DNA of 59,958 nucleotides, filler included, from an uncultured bacterium (GTDB taxonomy: Bacteria; Hinthialibacterota; Hinthialibacteria; Hinthialibacterales; Hinthialibacteraceae): assembly GCA_964449065.1 (NCBI GenBank). It is 7 parts of 7 records of this genome, joined end to end, with 100 filler letters (N's around TTAATTAATTAA, not from the genome) between each part and the next. Parts side by side here need not be neighbours in the genome. Positions count along the whole stretch, not along the records: positions 1 to 8,770 come from CAYVAZ010000215.1; positions 8,871 to 17,410 come from CAYVAZ010000216.1; 5 more parts are not named here. One strand, 5' to 3'. A model generated the notes under the pieces. That model had not been told where the DNA came from. It worked only from the letters and a program-made list of their open reading frames with translations, and did not search any database. The position numbers and the translations under genes were made by a program. Below, piece after piece: positions 1 through 9,603 of the stretch (positions are counted from its first letter, which is position 1; each line of letters starts with the position of its first letter).

Positions 1-120
1 TCGATCCCCCCTAGCCCCCCTTAACAAGGGGGGGGGGAATCTGCCTCATCACAAGCAAGAGCGCCGTTCCACCCCCCCCTTGCATAAGGGGGGGGAGCCG
101 CAGGCTCCGGGGGATTTGCG
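1..120. repeat. CCCCCTT..AAGGGGG palindromic intergenic repeat (REP-like)
   Basis: Two CCCCCTT-n-AAGGGGG hairpins plus GAGCCGCAGGCTCCGGGGGATTT; related copies near 2684-2716, 8871, 11965, 51323-51405 and 51616-51690. Confidence 0.75.
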
Positions 121-175
121 CCGTTGGGATACGCTTCGATATTCATTACTTCGCGAACCCAATCGGAAATTGGTT

Positions 176-205
176 AAGCCGCATAAAGCCGCATAAAGCC
201 GCATA
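176..205. repeat. 10-bp tandem repeat (AAGCCGCATA)x3
   Basis: Three perfect adjacent copies, no spacers. Confidence 0.85.
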
Positions 206-280
206 ACCAGCGAGAGAAGTGACATGCACCCACACCATACCTTTCGGACTTACCATTTCAAATTCACGCTTCACCGCATA

Positions 281-928
281 TCAACCCCTGCCGGATGAAT
301 TAGAGATGAGTGGAACAAACACGCATTGAATTAAACGGTCCTGGCGTAAGCCGGTTTTGCTTTTGGTGACGCGGGTCAGGGTTTGCATTTGCGATTCTCC
401 GATGGGAATCAAAAGCAATCCACCTTCTTTTAGTTGATCGGTTAACACCTTGGGGATGACGCGGCTTGCGGCGGCAACAATGATTTTATCGAAAGGGGCT
501 TTGTCCTTCCATTCGGTCATGGTATCGCCGCTTTTGATGTGGACATTGAGGCGGGAGAGATTGTGTAGCGTGCGTTCCGCGTTTACCGCAAGGGTGTAAT
601 GCCGCTCGATGCTGTAAACTTCTTTGCATAAGTGTGATAGAATCGCGGTTTGGTAGCCGGAGCCGGTGCCGATTTCCAACACATTATCAGAAGGCTGGCA
701 CCGCAAGGCGTCCGTCATGTAGGCTACCATATAGGGTTGGGAGATGGTGGCACGGTCCTCGGGCAATACAATCGGCTGGTCCTTATAGGAATCGGCTTTG
801 TGGGGTTCCGGAACAAAGAAATGACGGGGCGCGCGCTGAAAGGCTTCAAGAAGCCGGGGATCATTCACACCGCGTTTTATAATTTGCTGTTGCAGCATTC
901 GCAGCAATTCTTTGTCATAATCAGTCAT
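281..928 (-). CDS. pcm: protein-L-isoaspartate O-methyltransferase
   Basis: PRHFFVP, TISQPYMVA, VLEIGTGSGYQTA, APFDKIIV, QLKEGG, FVPL motifs; ATG at 928 chosen as start. Confidence 0.95.
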   Translation of the reverse strand: MTDYDKELLRMLQQQIIKRGVNDPRLLEAFQRAPRHFFVPEPHKADSYKDQPIVLPEDRATISQPYMVAYMTDALRCQPSDNVLEIGTGSGYQTAILSHLCKEVYSIERHYTLAVNAERTLHNLSRLNVHIKSGDTMTEWKDKAPFDKIIVAAASRVIPKVLTDQLKEGGLLLIPIGESQMQTLTRVTKSKTGLRQDRLIQCVFVPLISNSSGRG

Positions 929-1005
929 ATAAATCTCGTTTAAAACTACCAATCGTGTAACATCTTAAATTGTATCACTCACAAAAAAAGAAAAAAGCAA
1001 ACCGT

Positions 1006-2253
1006 ATGGATCAACGTTTATTGCATAAATTCGGGTGGTGGCTATTGGCGGCCGGTATGTTGCTTTACGCGAAGAATATGATTTACGATGTCTTCTTGTT
1101 GAGCCACCGCAATGACTTTGGGCATTTGTATTGCGCGGGATTTTTGGCCGCCAGAGGAGGGGATATTTTTGATCCGCAATTGCTGCTTTCGGCGGCAGCG
1201 CAAAACGGCATCGAACGGGTGAATCCGTTTGTGTATCCGCCCTTCTTTGCCATCGTATTGATCCCCTTAAGTTGGGTGCCTTACAATTCCGCTTGGTTGC
1301 TCTTCAACCTTTTGAGCCACACGGCATTTATACTTGCGGTTTCATGCATCATCGGTTCCTTCCGAAAACAGCACGAACCGGCCGCGCTTTGGTGGGGCGG
1401 GCTGATCTTCGTATCGGCATTGTTTGCCCCCATGCAGAAAACCTACATGGCAGGGCAGATGAATACCTTTATGTTGCTGGTGATTGCCGCGGCGTGGTAC
1501 TCTTGTGTCCATCAAAAGCATTACATTATGGGAGTTATTTTGGGCTTGGGGGCAGCGGTAAAAGTTTCACCCGGCTTCTTTTTCCTTTATTTCCTTTACA
1601 AACGGAACTGGAAAGCCGCTTCTGCTTTGCTCTTCACTCTGGCGGTTTGTTTTGGAATCTCGTATGCCTATTTCGGGCAGAAAATCCATCTCAATTTTAT
1701 CAACGAAGTTCAGCAAATGTCGTATGGAAAGTCAACCTGGGCGCAATTTGACCAGAAGTATCATATCGAACCGCATAATCAAGCGCCTTCGGCATTGTGG
1801 TACCGCCTGCTGACGGATAACCCAACGACAACCGGGATTGTGGACGCGCCGGGGACGGCAAAAGCGTTGTCCTATTTCACCGCGGTATTGATTTTGGCGG
1901 TTTTAATCATTGGGTCGAAGTGGAATGCGGAAGCCAATGCGCGTGAGCTTGCGCTGTGGTCGTTTGGGATGCTGTGGATTCCGAGTTTGATGTGGGATCA
2001 CTATTTGATTCAACTGCTGTTTGCGATAGCGGTTGGATTCCGAATCATTCTAAATGGACAAACCTGCCGCGGTTGGCTCTTCTTTGTGGGGATGGCGCTC
2101 ATGGGGATGGATTATCCCTTCCATTTTGACTATGAACCGTTTAAAACCGGAAGCGGCGTGTTGATGATGAACCTGAAACTATACGGCTCAATCATGGTGT
2201 TTCTGTATATATTGCGGAATCAGGATCAATCCGAAACAATTTCCAATTCGTAG
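1006..2253 (+). CDS. GT87/DUF2029-like polytopic membrane glycosyltransferase (GT-C)
   Basis: DF..LY, PFVYPPFFA, GQMN, AAVK.SP and W.HY motifs; many TM segments. Confidence 0.8.
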   Translation: MDQRLLHKFGWWLLAAGMLLYAKNMIYDVFLLSHRNDFGHLYCAGFLAARGGDIFDPQLLLSAAAQNGIERVNPFVYPPFFAIVLIPLSWVPYNSAWLLFNLLSHTAFILAVSCIIGSFRKQHEPAALWWGGLIFVSALFAPMQKTYMAGQMNTFMLLVIAAAWYSCVHQKHYIMGVILGLGAAVKVSPGFFFLYFLYKRNWKAASALLFTLAVCFGISYAYFGQKIHLNFINEVQQMSYGKSTWAQFDQKYHIEPHNQAPSALWYRLLTDNPTTTGIVDAPGTAKALSYFTAVLILAVLIIGSKWNAEANARELALWSFGMLWIPSLMWDHYLIQLLFAIAVGFRIILNGQTCRGWLFFVGMALMGMDYPFHFDYEPFKTGSGVLMMNLKLYGSIMVFLYILRNQDQSETISNS

Positions 2254-2630
2254 ACGCTGCCGTCTTCGGGAATCTGAAAGCAGCGAACATGCGGTTCTTT
2301 ATCCACCAATGATACAATGAAATAATACAAACCGGGGTAACCGTTCTCCGCGATGTCGGTTTCGGAGGGATAGGCCGGGCTGGTGGGGTGCGAGTGATAA
2401 ATGCCGGTCATATCTTCACCGGTCTTACGCATGGCTTTCACGGCATCAAACAAATCTCTGGGTTTGCCGAAATAGCGCGTGGGTGAGGCTTGTTCGTTTT
2501 GCAGAGGGTAGAGAGTATCAAGACGGCTCTCTTGGCCGCCGATCACGCCGCAGCACTCGTTGGGCATTTCGCCGATAGCATGATCGATCATTTGTTGCAG
2601 CATTTGAATTGGAACAACTATCTTCTCCAT
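2226..2630 (-). CDS. M67/JAB (Mec-like) metallopeptidase
   Basis: PNECCG and YHSHPTSPAYPSETD JAMM motif; start could be 2654. Confidence 0.9.
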   Translation of the reverse strand: MEKIVVPIQMLQQMIDHAIGEMPNECCGVIGGQESRLDTLYPLQNEQASPTRYFGKPRDLFDAVKAMRKTGEDMTGIYHSHPTSPAYPSETDIAENGYPGLYYFIVSLVDKEPHVRCFQIPEDGSVYELEIVSD

Positions 2631-2777
2631 AATTCTTACACTATTCGATTTCATGTATTATGGTTTTTATGGAAAAGACTTTATCCCCCTTATGAAAGGG
2701 GGCTAGGGGGGATCGAAATGCGTGATCACCACTCAAATCTCAAAGACCATGATTTCATCCGTTCCCGAAGGTAAACC

Positions 2778-3503
2778 ATGCCCGAATCAATCCAAACGCG
2801 AATCTATCATCCCCATGCCGGTATACCGGAATTATTAGCTGATGATGCCGAAACGATGGGAGTGGTACGCGCCTTGCGCCTCCAACCGGGTGCCCATTTC
2901 GGATGCTTTAACGGGGACGGGATGGAGTGTGTGTATGCCATACAATCGATTGAGAAACGTCAGTTAACAGCCGGGTTGGTGTCACAAACACCGAACCCCC
3001 GCGACCCGCAACAAGACCTCACCATTTTACTCGCCTCCACCAAAGGCAAAACCAAAGACACAATGGTGAAAGAACTCACCGCGTTGGGTGCGACAAAAAT
3101 TGTGTTGTATCACGCGGAACGTTCCGTATCATTACCGGATGAGAAACAGACCGAACGATTGCGGAAGATTGCGGTTGAATCATGCCGGCAGTGTGAGCGG
3201 TCCACGATTCCGAGGGTTGAGATAATTCCGCGCGAACTTCATCAATTGCCAACGAATACATTCACAAGTCCACTCATTTGTTTTTATGAGAAGGCGCAAC
3301 CGGAAGCTATGCCCCGATGGGATAGCAGCGCTTCCAAAGCGACATTGGTATTTGGGCCGGAAGGCGGATTTACCGAAAAGGAGATTGCGTTTTTGAACCG
3401 GAAGGATGCACAGTTTTGTTCGCTGGGGCGCCGGATTTTGCGGGCGGAGTTGGCGGTGTCGGTGGGAACGGTGCTAGTGCAGTATCAGCGGGGGGGGATG
3501 TGA
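2778..3503 (+). CDS. rsmE: 16S rRNA m3U1498 methyltransferase
   Basis: RALRL..G, QCERS, FGPEGGFT, SLGRRILRAELA SPOUT motifs. Confidence 0.93.
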   Translation: MPESIQTRIYHPHAGIPELLADDAETMGVVRALRLQPGAHFGCFNGDGMECVYAIQSIEKRQLTAGLVSQTPNPRDPQQDLTILLASTKGKTKDTMVKELTALGATKIVLYHAERSVSLPDEKQTERLRKIAVESCRQCERSTIPRVEIIPRELHQLPTNTFTSPLICFYEKAQPEAMPRWDSSASKATLVFGPEGGFTEKEIAFLNRKDAQFCSLGRRILRAELAVSVGTVLVQYQRGGM

Positions 3504-3634
3504 TCGATCTTTTTATACCGATTTTCGTGATCTTCTTTTGCCTTTTCACTTCGAAGATACAACGATCTCCAATTGCATTGGTATAGTTGTATCAGTAAAA
3601 TAGACAAAATTTTGATTGGGTTAGGAATTTAAAA

Positions 3635-4873
3635 ATGGATATGAAAAACAGTATATTAACCGCCGGCCTCATTTTCGTGTTTGCTTCGGTTGGCATGGCT
3701 GAAGATTGGAACCAGTTTCGGGGGCCGGAGCGGGACGGCAAATCATCCGAAACACAATTGCTGGAATCGTGGCCGCAAGAAGGGCCTCCATTGCTTTGGG
3801 CTTATGAGGGACTGGGGCGCGGATTCGCGACGGTTTCGATTGTTGACGGCGTGATTTACACGACGGGAATGATCAATGAGACCGGATATCTTTTTGCCCT
3901 ACACGAGAACGGCGAACTGAAATGGAAAAAAGCTTACGGTCCCGGATGGACGGGAAATTATCCCGGCACGCGAACCACTCCAACCATTGACGGCAACCGC
4001 GTTTATATTATGAGCGGGTATGGCCGCATCGCTTGTTTCGATAAAGAGAGCGGCGATTTGATATGGCAAACCGATACCTTGGAGAAATTTAATGGGGAAA
4101 ATATTCGATGGGGAATTACCGAATCGATATTGATTGATGGGGATCAGGTGATTTGCACACCGGGCGGGAAAAACGCAAGTATCGTCGCGTTAAATAAACA
4201 TACAGGTAAAACGCTGTGGACAACCGAAGCGTTGAGCAACCTGTCCGCCTACTGCTCCCCCATTCTGGTTCCTGAAGGGAATAAGCGCTTGTTGTTTACG
4301 ATGGTCAGAGACTTGTTCGTCTGCGTCAATGCAGATAGCGGAGAAACGCTGTTCACGATTCCGCATGAAACGAGAAACAACATCGCCGCCATTACGCCTG
4401 TGTTGTGCAGCGAAAACCGGGTCTATTTCACAAGCCATGGTACGGGCGGCACCATGATCCGGTATGAAGACGGCGGCGAATCGTATACGGAACTGTGGAC
4501 AAGCAAGGAATTGGCTTGCCTGCATGGTGGAATTGTGGTTCACAGGGACGATGAAACCGAAGAACGGCTTTACGGTTCGGATGAGAGAGGCTTTTGGGTA
4601 AGCCAAGACGTTGACACGGGCAAAGTGATCTTTAAAGAACGGATATTGAACGGAAAAGGTTCGATCACGTATGCCGGTGGGATGCTGTATTGTTACAGCG
4701 AAAATGGGCTGCTGGGTTTGGTGAACCCCACAAAAGATGGGCTGGAATTGGTGAGTTCATTTGAAGTTACCATGGGGTCGCACGAACATTGGGCCTATCC
4801 GGTAATCCATAATGGTAGGCTATACATCCGTCACGGCGAAGTATTGATGGCGTTTGATATTCAGAAGGATTAG
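3635..4873 (+). CDS. secreted PQQ-like beta-propeller (BamB-like) protein
   Basis: Signal peptide, DWNQFRGPERDG, repeated G.L.W blades, WAYPVIHNGRLYIR C-terminus. Confidence 0.85.
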   Translation: MDMKNSILTAGLIFVFASVGMAEDWNQFRGPERDGKSSETQLLESWPQEGPPLLWAYEGLGRGFATVSIVDGVIYTTGMINETGYLFALHENGELKWKKAYGPGWTGNYPGTRTTPTIDGNRVYIMSGYGRIACFDKESGDLIWQTDTLEKFNGENIRWGITESILIDGDQVICTPGGKNASIVALNKHTGKTLWTTEALSNLSAYCSPILVPEGNKRLLFTMVRDLFVCVNADSGETLFTIPHETRNNIAAITPVLCSENRVYFTSHGTGGTMIRYEDGGESYTELWTSKELACLHGGIVVHRDDETEERLYGSDERGFWVSQDVDTGKVIFKERILNGKGSITYAGGMLYCYSENGLLGLVNPTKDGLELVSSFEVTMGSHEHWAYPVIHNGRLYIRHGEVLMAFDIQKD

Positions 4874-4982
4874 CAGAATGGGCACGGACGTTTTGTCCCC
4901 ATTATCCTTCACCTCTCATCTATATGATCCCGATGGGCAAGATACGGCTTTGCCCATCCACATTTACTGAGGAGTAAAACAG

Positions 4983-5357
4983 ATGAATCCGCTTTTGCAA
5001 AAGGCTTTTGAGAAAGCTTCCCAGCTCCCCCAAGAAGAACAGGATCAATTCGCGCGTTTTGTGCTGGCCGAGTTGGAGTCGGAGACCGTGCTGGACCGGT
5101 CGGTGGAGTCGATCGAGGAATTTCTGGCCCGGCACTCGAAAACGGCCCGCAGCTCGGCCGACAACGTCAGGATTCTGAAATTGCTGGAAATGCAGCGCCA
5201 CGCCATGCNNNNNNNNNNCGAGCTGGAGTCGGAGCAGCGGTGGTCCGAATTGTTTCGCCGTCCCGAGTCGGAGGATTTGCTGGAGAAGTTGGCTGATGAG
5301 GCTCTGGCGGCGCACCGGCCAGGACAAACGCGGGCCCTCGATACAGACCAATTGTAG
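4983..5357 (+). CDS. antitoxin of a RelE/ParE-family module; interrupted by a foreign segment and an N gap
   Basis: Removing the duplicated ELESE and 5085-5218 gives a ~74-aa LLQKAFEKASQLP...LADEAL antitoxin directly upstream of the toxin. Confidence 0.65.
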   Translation: MNPLLQKAFEKASQLPQEEQDQFARFVLAELESETVLDRSVESIEEFLARHSKTARSSADNVRILKLLEMQRHAMXXXXELESEQRWSELFRRPESEDLLEKLADEALAAHRPGQTRALDTDQL

Positions 5358-5359
5358 AC

Positions 5360-5629
5360 ATGCGCTCGTTTACGCATTCGACCTTTTGGGACGCATATAG
5401 GCGTCTCCCGGAACACGTGCAACGGCAAGCGCGCCAATCTTACCGTTTCTTCAAGTCCGATCCCCGCCACCCCAGTCTTGATTTTAAGCGCGTGAGTAAA
5501 AGACGGCTGGTGTACTCGGTACTTGTGAGCATTGACTATCGTGCCCTCGGTGTTCTGGACGAAGGTGATATTGTATGGTTTTGGATTGATCCACACCACA
5601 AATACGATCAACTTCTCAAGCGAATATAG
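5360..5629 (+). CDS. RelE/ParE-family toxin
   Basis: FWDAYRRLP...ARQSYRFFKSDPRHPSLDFKRV...YRALG...WFWI..H..YD. Confidence 0.85.
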   Translation: MRSFTHSTFWDAYRRLPEHVQRQARQSYRFFKSDPRHPSLDFKRVSKRRLVYSVLVSIDYRALGVLDEGDIVWFWIDPHHKYDQLLKRI

Positions 5630-5739
5630 CCGGGAGAATGAGTACGCCCGTTTTATGCCCATCATGCTTCACCTATTCAAATTAACCATTGTAAATTATA
5701 TTTTCTGGTTCTATCATCGTAACAATGAGGGTATGATTT

Positions 5740-5973
5740 ATGAGTGAATTATTGATTCAAATGGAAGAAAGCACAGCGCGGCAATTGCATAAGTTGGCCG
5801 CTGCACAGGGGGTTTCTGTGGAACAAGAAGCCACCCGCTTGTTGGATGCCGCAGTAAAAAGAGCTGAACTCGTACACACTTTTTTGTCAGAGACCGATAC
5901 GTTTGCGTCAACCCTCCCCCCGCAAACGACAGACAGTGCAGGGTTGATCCGGGAAGACCGGGATAGCAGATGA
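5740..5973 (+). CDS. FitA/VapB-like ribbon-helix-helix antitoxin
   Basis: N-terminal RHH pattern, TTDSAGLIREDRDSR C-terminus, 4-bp overlap with the PIN gene. Confidence 0.8.
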   Translation: MSELLIQMEESTARQLHKLAAAQGVSVEQEATRLLDAAVKRAELVHTFLSETDTFASTLPPQTTDSAGLIREDRDSR

Positions 5974-6404
5974 GTGCTTATGTTGTGGATGCCAGCGTCG
6001 CGGCAAAATGGTATTTTCCTGAAAAATGGCGGAAAGAAGCGCGTAACTATGTATCGCCCACTGTTTATTTGTTAGCCCCTGATTTTCTCCAAATTGAATT
6101 CGCAAACATTCTCTTTAAAAAAGAAAAACACAGAGAAATAGACGCAACGCAAGCGCATACGTTTCTTCAACATTTCCTTTCAAAGACAACTATCGAATAT
6201 TATTCGACGAATGAATTGATCATACGTGCCCACCATCTTGCACGGGAAATTGGGCATCCGGTATATGATTGTCTTTATCTTGCTTTGGCAGAACAAGCAG
6301 TCTCCATTGTGGTCACCGCTGATAAAAAATTTCATGACCGGGTAAAATCCAGTCAATATGCCGGTTTCATCACATGGATTGAGATTCCCCCGCAAAACGA
6401 CTGA
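5970..6404 (+). CDS. vapC: VapC PIN-domain toxin
   Basis: VVDASVAAKW, E..N, VYDCLYLALA, VTADKKF. Confidence 0.9.
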   Translation: MSAYVVDASVAAKWYFPEKWRKEARNYVSPTVYLLAPDFLQIEFANILFKKEKHREIDATQAHTFLQHFLSKTTIEYYSTNELIIRAHHLAREIGHPVYDCLYLALAEQAVSIVVTADKKFHDRVKSSQYAGFITWIEIPPQND

Positions 6405-6434
6405 TTCAACGTATGAGAATGTAAATTCAAAGTG

Positions 6435-6609
6435 GACGGGTGGCAAAGGCAAGCGAAGTCTGCCTTGGATGAAGAGAGAGAACGACTTGCCGCCCACGGG
6501 TTGTTCGAGTTGACCGCCGGCGGGATTTTTGGGAAGATAGTTGGGTGTGATCGGGCGATTCGCCTGAACAGCAAGGAGAGACGAACAGCCTTCCCCTTGC
6601 CAGCCGTCC
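6435..6609 (+). mobile_element. 175-bp MITE/REP-like element, copy 1
   Basis: Matches 7186-7360 with one mismatch; imperfect inverted ends GACGGGTGGCAAAGG / CCTTGCCAGCCGTC. Confidence 0.75.
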
Positions 6610-6662
6610 ACCTGTAAAACCCATCCATCCTAAAAATGACAATGAATCTGCCATCACCGTCT

Positions 6663-6914
6663 TTAATACGCGTCATCATGATGCTCAAGGGTGATGAAAT
6701 AAACCGTATTCTCTTCAACGGAAAACCGCAGTACTAACGGCCCCAACTGCGTACGCTGCTGCCCGGCAAGCACATTACGAAGATGTTTGATGTGGGAGGG
6801 GTCTTTCAATATGGCTCGAATCTTTTTCTCCAACCGTTCAAACAGCGGTTTATCTTTCTTCTTGATTTTCGCTAATTTCTTGGAAAACTCGCCGGAGAAA
6901 ACCGCGGTATACAT
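6663..6914 (-). CDS. RelE/ParE-family toxin
   Basis: YTAVFSGEFSKKL...ILKDP...HLRNVLAGQQR...LRF...LEHHDDAY. Confidence 0.85.
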   Translation of the reverse strand: MYTAVFSGEFSKKLAKIKKKDKPLFERLEKKIRAILKDPSHIKHLRNVLAGQQRTQLGPLVLRFSVEENTVYFITLEHHDDAY

Positions 6915-7109
6915 TTATAGCGTCTCGAAATATTGGTCTAACTCTTCTTGGGTTTCACAGCGAACCGTGCGGCCTTCGGCGATATCACGTTCTCCGCGCT
7001 GGATGCTGTTGTCCAAAGTTTGCTGTTCCTGCATCAAATCCGCTTTCACTTCATTCAGCATAGCCTGCGCCAGCTCAATCTTCTTAAGATATTCAGCCGT
7101 TTTGCTCAT
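6915..7109 (-). CDS. antitoxin
   Basis: Small acidic protein (SIQRGERDIAEGR...EELDQYF) abutting the toxin start. Confidence 0.75.
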   Translation of the reverse strand: MSKTAEYLKKIELAQAMLNEVKADLMQEQQTLDNSIQRGERDIAEGRTVRCETQEELDQYFETL

Positions 7110-7185
7110 GGTAAATTCCTTTAAACCGACAATAAATAGTACTCCATTATAACAGAATTATTCTCCCTGAATCTACCGGTTTGAT

Positions 7186-7360
7186 GACGGGTGGCAAAGG
7201 CAAGCGAAGTCTGCCTTGGATGAAGAGAGAGAACGACTTGCCGCCCACGGGTTGTTCGAGTTGACCGCCGGCGGGATTTTTGGGAAGATAGTTGGGTGTG
7301 ATCGGGCGATTCGCCTGAACAGCAAGGAGAGACGAACAGCCTTCACCTTGCCAGCCGTCC
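7186..7360 (+). mobile_element. 175-bp MITE/REP-like element, copy 2
   Basis: Direct repeat of 6435-6609. Confidence 0.75.
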
Positions 7361-7637
7361 GTCCATTCTCATCGCAGTTTTGAGGATGGCACAGCCGCTA
7401 TGTACCCATCATGTTTAACTGCCTTCACTGGGGAGAAAATGAAGTACCAGGGATATAGGGTCTTTCAGGTCACCCCGAAAGACCACTCGGCATGGAGCCG
7501 AATTTCATCCGCTTGCTTTGCTTATATCATAACATAATAACTTTAAAATTCAAACTTATAATTGTGACAGATTTACTTTATCACACACCGGCTGGAAACC
7601 GATGCTCTCCAAAAAGGTCACTCTTTCGGGAAACACT

Positions 7638-8770
7638 CTACTCAAACGTCTTGTTATACAAATTCTCATCCTTATCGATGCAGCCGGTGAAGTGCAAAAT
7701 AGCGTTCTCGTTCTCAATGGTCACGGGTGAATCCGAGACGTAGTTTCTCATGCGGCTGCCGAATACCGAGACCGTCAGTTTTTCGTTCCCCCGCACCAGC
7801 ATGAAATCCCACGACTGATTTTCGGGCACGGTGGTCAACGCAGAGTTCCCGCCGGAAAAAGCTTCGACATTGCTGAGGGCGGTGTGTCCCTGGCCTTCAA
7901 TGATGATGGGATGGATGTTTTCCACGTCTTCTCCGGTGTTGGCGATGATGGAGCCCTGCGCGATTTGCCAGTTGCGGTTTTTGGTGTTGTTCCCTTGTTT
8001 GAGGATGCCGACCGCGACGCAATCCAGGTTAAAGTTGGTGAGTTGTCCGTAGGATTCGCCTCCCAAATGAACGCCGCCGTAGGTGCCGAAAGTGAACACA
8101 TCCATCAACTGGGCGTTATCGGTATGTTCGATGGTGAATGCGTAGGTCTTTTTGGCGATGACGGCATCGACTACTTCCCGGCGGACTTGCCCTCCAATAA
8201 AGCGTTGGATAGCCGGGTTGACGTGGCAATGCAATAGGCGGGGGATGTCATAGCAATAATCGATGCGGATAAACTCGCCGCTGAGCGGGTAGCCGTAGCA
8301 ATGCTCGAAGGTCATCAGTTCGCACGCGTTTTGGCGGCTGGCGTTGAAATCGAAGGTCAGGTAACTGCCGTAGAATGTGAGGCAGGACATGTAGACTCCC
8401 TGCGTGTTGCTGGTTTGCGAAACTTGGATGGTTGCCGGATAGGGAATAATGGCATCGGGATCGGTTAGCGTTTGTTCGGGATACCAGAACTGTATTCCTT
8501 TGATCTGCGTTCCGGTCTCAACGGTGATGAAGGGATGGTCCCTGTCGGTAATCTTGAACACACTGCCGACCGGCTGCTTTTTGGTGGGATGGGAAGTCCC
8601 GCGTGGTGTGGGGCCGTGCACGCCGATGAGGGAAACATTCTTTTTGAGGATAATGCCGCCATCAATATGGTAGGGTTCGCTGGAGGTTTCAACCAGCAAA
8701 GCCGCCCCGCTTTGCGAAGCCCAGTCGATTGCCTTTTGCAGGTTCTCTTTATTCTGAGCGGCGCTGTTTT
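7638..8770 (-). CDS. right-handed beta-helix (pectate lyase superfamily/GH28-like) protein, 5' partial
   Basis: Frame stays open to the contig end (NSAAQNKENLQKAIDWASQSGAALLV), resembling a pectate_lyase_3 N-terminus; beta-helix-like repeats. Confidence 0.65.
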
Positions 8771-8870
8771 NNNNNNNNNNNNNNNNNNNNNNNNNNNNNN
8801 NNNNNNNNNNNNNNTTAATTAATTAANNNNNNNNNNNNNNNNNNNNNNNNNNNNNNNNNNNNNNNNNNNN
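8771..8870. other. artificial contig-joining spacer
   Basis: N-run + TTAATTAATTAA (stops in six frames) + N-run; same at 17411-17510, 26038-26137, 34575-34674, 43055-43154, 51516-51615. Confidence 0.98.
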
Positions 8871-8989
8871 CCCTTAATAAGGGGGGCAACAACGGCGGGG
8901 GCTTTTGGCTTGGCGGGAGTTTCGCGCTTTTAGGGATTGCGCTTGCTGAAGTGCGCATTCATTTACCGGAAGAAATGACACGCGCCCAT

Positions 8990-9490
8990 TCATTCCTGCT
9001 CACGCCGGCTGATCGCCGCCATGCGCTGCCGCTTGGCTTTTTCTTCTTCCGGTGTGGCTGCCGGGGGAACTTCGGCTTTCTTCTGTTGTGGAGTGGATGG
9101 CTGCGGGCTTTCCCCTTTGGCTTCAGCCAGTTGTTCGGTGGTGTGAATCAAGCGGGTGCACATCACTTTAATGATAATCTCGGCAATATCCGGGTAACGC
9201 CGGATAATAGATTTGAGCCGGTGTTGATTCAATTCCAGCAATTGACTATCCTCAATCGCAATGACAGTTGCCGTGCGCGGTACGGAATTTAATATTGCAA
9301 GTTCGCCAATGATATTGACCGGAACCACTTCCCCCAGCGGAATCATCTCATTTTTCCCCTGGCGGTACACGCCCATTTTCCCTCCCAAGAGCAGATAAGC
9401 ACAGTTTCCCTGTTCCCCCTGTTTCACCAGTACGGTTCCTTTTGGAATGGAGATGACATCACCCGCGGCAATTTGTGGGAATCCAGCCAT
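8990..9490 (-). CDS. cyclic-nucleotide-binding domain protein
   Basis: KGTVLVKQGEQG..AYLL..G, IIGELAIL..VPRTATVIA phosphate-binding cassette; no HTH. Confidence 0.88.
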   Translation of the reverse strand: MAGFPQIAAGDVISIPKGTVLVKQGEQGNCAYLLLGGKMGVYRQGKNEMIPLGEVVPVNIIGELAILNSVPRTATVIAIEDSQLLELNQHRLKSIIRRYPDIAEIIIKVMCTRLIHTTEQLAEAKGESPQPSTPQQKKAEVPPAATPEEEKAKRQRMAAISRREQE

Positions 9491-9603
9491 ATATATCCTC
9501 GGTCTTTCATTCGCATTGCATTTGCGAAAGTATAAAATACTATTGCCTAAAACACAACAACAGAATCGCTATCTATCGTAGATTGTTATAAAGATTGTCC
9601 CTT

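Noticed and set aside
176..205. Short direct repeats as a CRISPR array
   Set aside because: 10-bp units with no spacers; no cas genes in the window.
2226..2630. JAB protein as part of a CBASS or ubiquitin-like defence system
   Set aside because: It looks like a housekeeping Mec-type desampylase; no E1, E2, Ubl or CD-NTase neighbours.
5085..5218. Apparent novel insertion in an antitoxin (VLDRSVESIEEFL...LKLLEMQRHAM)
   Set aside because: It resembles a DUF3536/GH57-type fragment, ends at an N gap and is flanked by a duplicated CGAG(T/C)TGGAGTCGGAG; most likely a scaffolding chimera. Read mapping would confirm.
6180..6718. Overlapping small ORFs at 6180-6718, and similar ones at 13203-13685, 34281-34528 and 53389-53645
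   Set aside because: They are translations of non-coding repeat elements.
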